A DNA stretch of 64,000 nucleotides from an uncultured Bacteroidota bacterium (lineage in GTDB: Bacteria > Bacteroidota > Rhodothermia > Rhodothermales > Rubricoccaceae). Under the pieces are notes generated by a model. That model saw only the letters and a list, made by a program, of their open reading frames with translations. It had not been told where the DNA came from and ran no database searches. Below, one piece after another: positions 59,501 to 64,000 of the stretch (position 1 is its first letter; every line of letters begins with the position of its first letter). The position numbers were made by a program, and so were the translations under genes. Location: contig CAVUDG010000006.1 in NCBI GenBank assembly GCA_963740235.1, forward strand, positions 1 through 64,000, given 5' to 3'.

Positions 59501-59576
59501 GAGTAAGCGGATCCTCGGCGGCCGGGTCGCGGAGGGGCAGGGGCCGTCCGTTGTGGGCGTCCCTATCCTCCGCTCG

Positions 59577-62150
59577 ATGCGCCGTCTCGCCTCTCGCCGC
59601 CGTGCTCGCGGCCGTGCTCGTCTGGGGCACGGCCCGGCCGGTCGCGGCGCCAGGCCGAGGCCGAGTTCGTCTGGGTCGGGGCGCCGCTCGCCGACGCGCT
59701 CTACGAGCTCGCCGAGGCGACCGGGCTCGAGCTCGTGTTCGCGCTCCGGCTGGTCGAGGACGTCCGCGTGAGCGGGCCGGTACCGCGGCCTCCGACGACC
59801 CCGACCGCGCGCTCCGCTACCTCCTGCGCGGCACGGGCGTCCGCGCCGAGCGGATCCGGGCCGGCCAGTACGTGCTCATCAGGGAGCCGCTCAACGTCCG
59901 GCCCGACATCGAGACGACGCGCGAGGCCTACACCGGCACGCTCGACGGGCCGCGTGGTCGACGCCGAGACCGACCGGCCGCTGATGGGCGCTCACGTCTG
60001 GCTCGTCGACGTCGGGCTGGGCGACGTGGTCGCGCTACGACGGCGCGTTCGCCGTCCCCGACCTCCCGACCGGCCGCTACGTCGTCCGCGTGTCGCACGT
60101 CGGGCTACAAGCCGGTCCGCCTGGAGCTCGACGTCTTCCCCGACTCGCCGCGCCTGCCACCGACGATCCGGCTGCAGGCCGAGACCATCGAGAGCCTCGA
60201 CGCGGCCGTCGTCGCCGGGCCCGACCCGCCCGGCCCGACGCCCGGCATGACCGAGCTGGGCGCGCGCCAGGCCGCGGCGATCCCCTACGCCCTCGGCGAG
60301 GCCGACCTGGCCGCGACGCTGTCGTGGCTGCCCGGGCCTGTCGCGGACGGGCGGCGCCAGCGGGCGCGCTCGTCGTCCGCGGCGCCGACCCGACCCAGAC
60401 GCGCTACGTCCGCGACGGCGTCCCGCTCTACGAGCCGTGGCACGCCTTCGGGCTGTTCTCGGCGTTCCAGCCCGAGGCGCTCGCGCGCGTCCGGTTCCAC
60501 CGCGGCTCGCTGCCGGCCGCCGCTCGGCGGCGGGCTCGCGGCCGTGCTCGACGTCGAGACGACCGACGCGCTCGCGGGCGACACGCTGCGCACGGTCGGC
60601 GCTCGGGGCCGTCGCCGGGCCGGGCCGTGGCCGACGTCGCCGCTGGGCGACCGCGTCGGGCTGCACGTCGGGCTCCGCCGGTCGGTGCTGGGCCCGTCCT
60701 GGCGCCCGCGCTGCGCGCCGAGGGCGGCGCCTAGGTGCTCGACCCGACCGGCGGCGACCCGCTCCGGCCGCGAGCCCGGCGACCCGTCGGTCGTGTTCGG
60801 CGACGCCGACGCCAAGGTGAGCCTCGCGCTCGGCCCGACCGCCCACCTCGACGTCGGCGGGACGCGCTCGGGCACCGACGCCGTCCGCGTCGACCTGCCC
60901 AGCCGAGGCGGGACGGGCTCGACTACGGCTGGCGGACGCACACGGCCTCGGCACGCGCTCCAGGGCGCTGCGGGGGCAGAAGACGCTCGTGACGGCCCTG
61001 GCCTACCGGACGGGCCACGAGGCCGTCGGAGGCGCGCGCGGCCGGCGGGCACCGCCCGGACCGACCAGTCGCTCGTCGAGCACGGGGCGTCGCTCGACGT
61101 CGACCGGTTCGTGTCGCTGGCCCACCAGGTCCGCGGCGGCGTCCAGGTCGCGCACCGCGCCGTCGACGGCCGGCGACGATCGGGCCGCGGAACGGTCCGG
61201 GGCGACGAGGCGCGGCAGCGCGTCGGTCCGAGGTCGCGGTCTACGCGATGGACACGTGGCGACCGGCGAGGACTGGCAGGTCCAGCCGGGCCTGCGCGCC
61301 GAGGCGCGCGTCGACGGGCGCGGCGTGGTCGGCCTCGACCTGAGCCCGCGCCTGTTCGCGCGCTGGACGCCCGACGAGGACCGGCTGGTCGTCCGGGCCG
61401 GCCTGAGCCGCCAGACGCAGGCGGTCCAGCGCGTCCGCGACCGGGCCTCGGGGACGCTACGCGCTCGCCGCGTCGCGCTGGCTCTCTGGCCGACCGCGGC
61501 GTGCCGCTCGCCCGCGCGTGGCAGCTCGGGGCGGGCGTCGAGTGGGCGCCGCTCGGACCCGTTCGCGTTCAGCGCTCGACGTCTACAGCCGCCGGTCGCG
61601 GGGCCTGCTGGAACCGCGTCGGCGCGTCGCGTCCGGAGGCCGGCATCGATCCCGGCGAGTTGCTCGCGACGCACCCGGCGCACGACGGCCGCGCGGTCGG
61701 CGTCGAGCTGGCCGCGCGCTACGACGCTGGACGACTGGACGCTCGGGCTCAGCGGGGCGCTCGCGAGCGCCCGCGTCCGCCCGCAGGCGGGCGGGGACTG
61801 GCGGCCGTCGGCCTACGACCGGCCGGTCGCGCTCGGCCTCCTCGCCCAGCGCGGGCCAGGGCCCGTGGACGGCCGCCCTGCGCCTGGACGTGGAGTCCGG
61901 ATTGGCCCGCGCCGACGGGCCCGCGCGACGCCGCTCAGGTCCGGGCGAGCGCGGCGCTCGGCGCGCACGCGACGCGTGGGGGTCTGCGCTGGACCGCACT
62001 CGCCCAGGCGACCGCACGGCCGTCGGCTCCGTCGGCGACCCGCCGATCGCGCCGTCGTCGGCCTCCCGCTCGCCACCGACGCCGCGCGGCCTGCCCGGCT
62101 GGCCCATCGTCAGCGTGTCGGCGAGGTGGTAGCGGCGCGGCGCGACGGTT
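59577..62150 (+). pseudogene. TonB-dependent outer-membrane receptor of the cell-surface-signalling type (STN + carboxypeptidase-regulatory-like + plug), many apparent frameshifts
   Basis: Fragments in all three frames: MRRLASLAAVLAAVLVWGTARPVAA; FVWVGAPLADALYELAEATGLELVFALRLVEDVRVSG; DRALRYLLRGTGVRAERIRAGQYVLIR; RVVDAETDRPLMGAHVWLVD; GRYVVRVSHVGYKPVRLELDVFPDSPRLPPTIRLQAETIESLDAAVVAG; RGADPTQTRYVRDGVPLYEPWHAFGLFSAFQPEALARVRFHRGSLPAA. Confidence 0.65.
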
Positions 62151-62289
62151 CGGCGAGCCCGGCCACGGGACGCGCGAGTCTCGCAGGTCACGCGCTGAGA
62201 CTCGGGTCGGAGCTGGGACCGGCGCGGGGGTTCGAGCGGACCGCGTCGTCGCTGCCGGCACCCCGGCCCCCCGGCTCCGCCACCTGCTG

Positions 62290-63010
62290 GCTTTCTCCCA
62301 GCGCCGCGAGCGCCCCGACCCCGCCGACCTCGACCTGGCCGACGGGACCGTCACGCGCGTCGCGCAGCAGAAGAAGGACCTCGACCGGGCCAGCGTCTAC
62401 ATCGACGACGCGTTCGCGTTCGGGCTGGCCGTCGACCTGGTGATCGAGGCCGGGCTCCGAAAGGGCGTCGTGCTGACGGCGGCCGCAGCAGCGCGAGCTG
62501 CTCGTCCGCCAGGAGACGTTCGCCGCCAAAGCCGTCCGCGCTGGCCGGTACTGTCGAACCGCGCCCGCACGTCGGACGAGGTCCGACAGTCGCTGCTGCG
62601 AAAGGGCTTCGCCGAGACCATCGCCGAGGACACCGTGGCCGACCTGGAGCGGCATCGGGCTGGTCGACGACGAGGCCTACGCGCGGCGTTCGTCCGCGAC
62701 CGGTTCAACGGGCGCGGCTACGGCCCGTCGCGCCTCCGCCAGGACCTGATGCGCAAGGGCGTGGCCCGGCGCGACCATCGACGCGGCGCTCGAGGAGCTG
62801 ACCGAGGCGGAGGACCTGGGCGCGGAGGCGCGCGAGCAGGCGGCCAAGAAGTGGCGCTCGCTGGCGTCGGAGGAGCGACTCCGCGCAAGCGCCAGAAAAA
62901 GACGCTCGACTTCCTGGTCCGCCGCGGGTTCGGGTTCGACACGGCCCGCTCGGCCGTCGAGGACGGCCGCGGCCGGCGAGGCCGACGAGCGGGCTGGGAC
63001 GACGCGTGAC
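62290..63010 (+). pseudogene. recX: recombination regulator RecX, apparent frameshifts
   Basis: VTRVAQQKKDLDRASVYIDDAFAFGLAVDLVIEAGLRKGVVLTAA; DEVRQSLLRKGFAETIAEDTVADLER; FVRDRFNGRGYGPSRLRQDLMRKGVAR; TIDAALEELTEAEDLGAEAREQAAKKWRSLA (last in a second frame). Typical RecX three-repeat helical architecture. Confidence 0.65.
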
Positions 63011-63524
63011 GGCCCGGACCGCCTCCGCTTGGGGGCCGTCGTCGTGGCCGCGCGGTCGTCGGCGGTGGGCGCCGCGTTCCCGCCGTCGCCGCCGCGCGCA
63101 CGTCGGCGCGAGCCCCGTCGTGGCGCGCCGGTCGCCGACGCGCCGCGACTCGCTGCGCCGGGCTCCCGCGCTCGCGCTTGCTGTGGACGGTCCGGCTCGC
63201 CCGGGACCACCGGCTCGCCGCGTGGGCCGCCCTGCGTCGGCGCGCTGCTGACGCTGGGCGCTCGGCGTCGCGCTCTACGCCGCCGCGCTCGGATGGGGCG
63301 CAGAGCCCGACGCGCCCGCTGCTGGCCCTCCGCCTTCGTCCCGTTCCGCCAGCTCGCCGCGGCCGCCGTCGTCGCCTGGGTCGTCTGGATCGCCCGGAGG
63401 ACGCGGTAGTGGGGTGGAGGCCCTCTGAAAGTTCCGGGGAACTCCGGCCCGGCGGGCCCGCGTCGGTGCCGAGGCGGAGGCATCTTGCCCGGACCCCGAC
63501 CCCAGGACCCCCTGCCCCGACCCC

Positions 63525-64000
63525 ATGACCGACCCCGCCCTCGACGCCCAGCAGATCGCCGAGGCCGTCGCCGCCGTCCGCGCCCAGCACCGACCTGGTC
63601 CCCGAGCTCGCGCTCGTGCTCGGCTCCGGCCTGGGCGCCCTGGCCGACGACGTCGAGGACGCCGTCGTGATCTCGACGGCCGACGTCCCCCACTACCCGG
63701 CCTCGACCGTCGAGGGCCACGCGGGCCGGCTGGTGCTCGGGACGCTCGGCGGGACGCCCGTGCTCGTCGATCCAGGGGCGCGTCCACGGCTACGAGGGCC
63801 ACGACGCCCGCGCGCGGTCGGGCTTCCCCGTCCGGCTGGCCCACGCGCTCGGGGCCCGGGGGCTCGTGCTGACGAACGCGGCGGGCGGCATCAACCCCGC
63901 GTTCGGCCCGGGAACGCTCATGCTGATCACCGACCATCTCAACCTGTCGTTCCTCAACCCGCTGGCCGGGCCGGTGGGCGAGGGGGAGGACCGGTTCCCC
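63525..64000 (+). CDS. purine nucleoside phosphorylase (PunA/DeoD-type), truncated by window end, at least 2 apparent frameshifts
   Basis: MTDPALDAQQIAEAVAAVRAQH (ORF 63525), then in other frames PDLVPELALVLGSGLGALADDVEDAVVISTADVPHYPASTVEGHAGRLVLGTLGGTPVLV and VHGYEGHDARA...GFPVRLAHALGARGLVLTNAAGGINPAFGPGTLMLITDHLNLSFLNPLAGP. Confidence 0.7.

Overview
A ~64 kb window of very high GC (~70%) from a flagellated bacterium whose promoters look Bacteroidota/Rhodothermaeota-like (-33 TTG / -7 TAnnTTTG), so probably FCB superphylum. Coordinates are approximate (a few nt); I trusted the ORF track for frames. About a third of the window is a flagellar gene cluster on the minus strand: fliG-fliF-fliE-flgC-flgB; flgM-chaperone-fliD-fliS; fliC; flgL-flgK-flgN-flgJ'-flgI-flgH-flgA-flgG-flgF. 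Inside it sit a sigma54-dependent response regulator and a GAF-GAF-PAS histidine kinase, and I can read sigma28 promoters (fliC, fliS) and a sigma54 promoter (flgF). The rest is mutS; a duplicated acidic-lipoprotein cassette; a greA-like gene; an EcsC-family gene followed by three tandem paralogous small proteins; a gamma carbonic anhydrase; NfeD-flotillin; gluconokinase; a double AP2-domain protein; DUF1206; a GT2/NodB-deacetylase/GT2/LPG-synthase-TM polysaccharide module; an OM beta-barrel; purD; an NHL lipoprotein; a ~1180-aa secreted protein; phoU plus a Na/Pi cotransporter; mltF; an M61 peptidase; an ABC substrate-binding protein; crcB; an LpoA-like lipoprotein; bamD; an ECF sigma / FecR / TonB-receptor trio; recX; pnp. 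Two genome-level patterns stand out. First, many genes (fliF, fliE, flgB, the sigma54 regulator, EcsC, flotillin, gntK, AP2, nptA, FecR, the TonB receptor, recX, pnp and others) carry apparent frameshifts, and these cluster in hot zones that alternate with long clean stretches (for example 12989..26400 is clean). Second, a REP-like GC palindrome, CCCGCCTCGG-N-CCGAGGCGGG, recurs at a dozen or more gene ends. The long Arg/Pro-rich ORFs in the track (e.g. 8..1459, 2693..4543) are wrong-frame artefacts of the GC content. I found no CRISPR, rRNA, tRNA, transposase or integrase.
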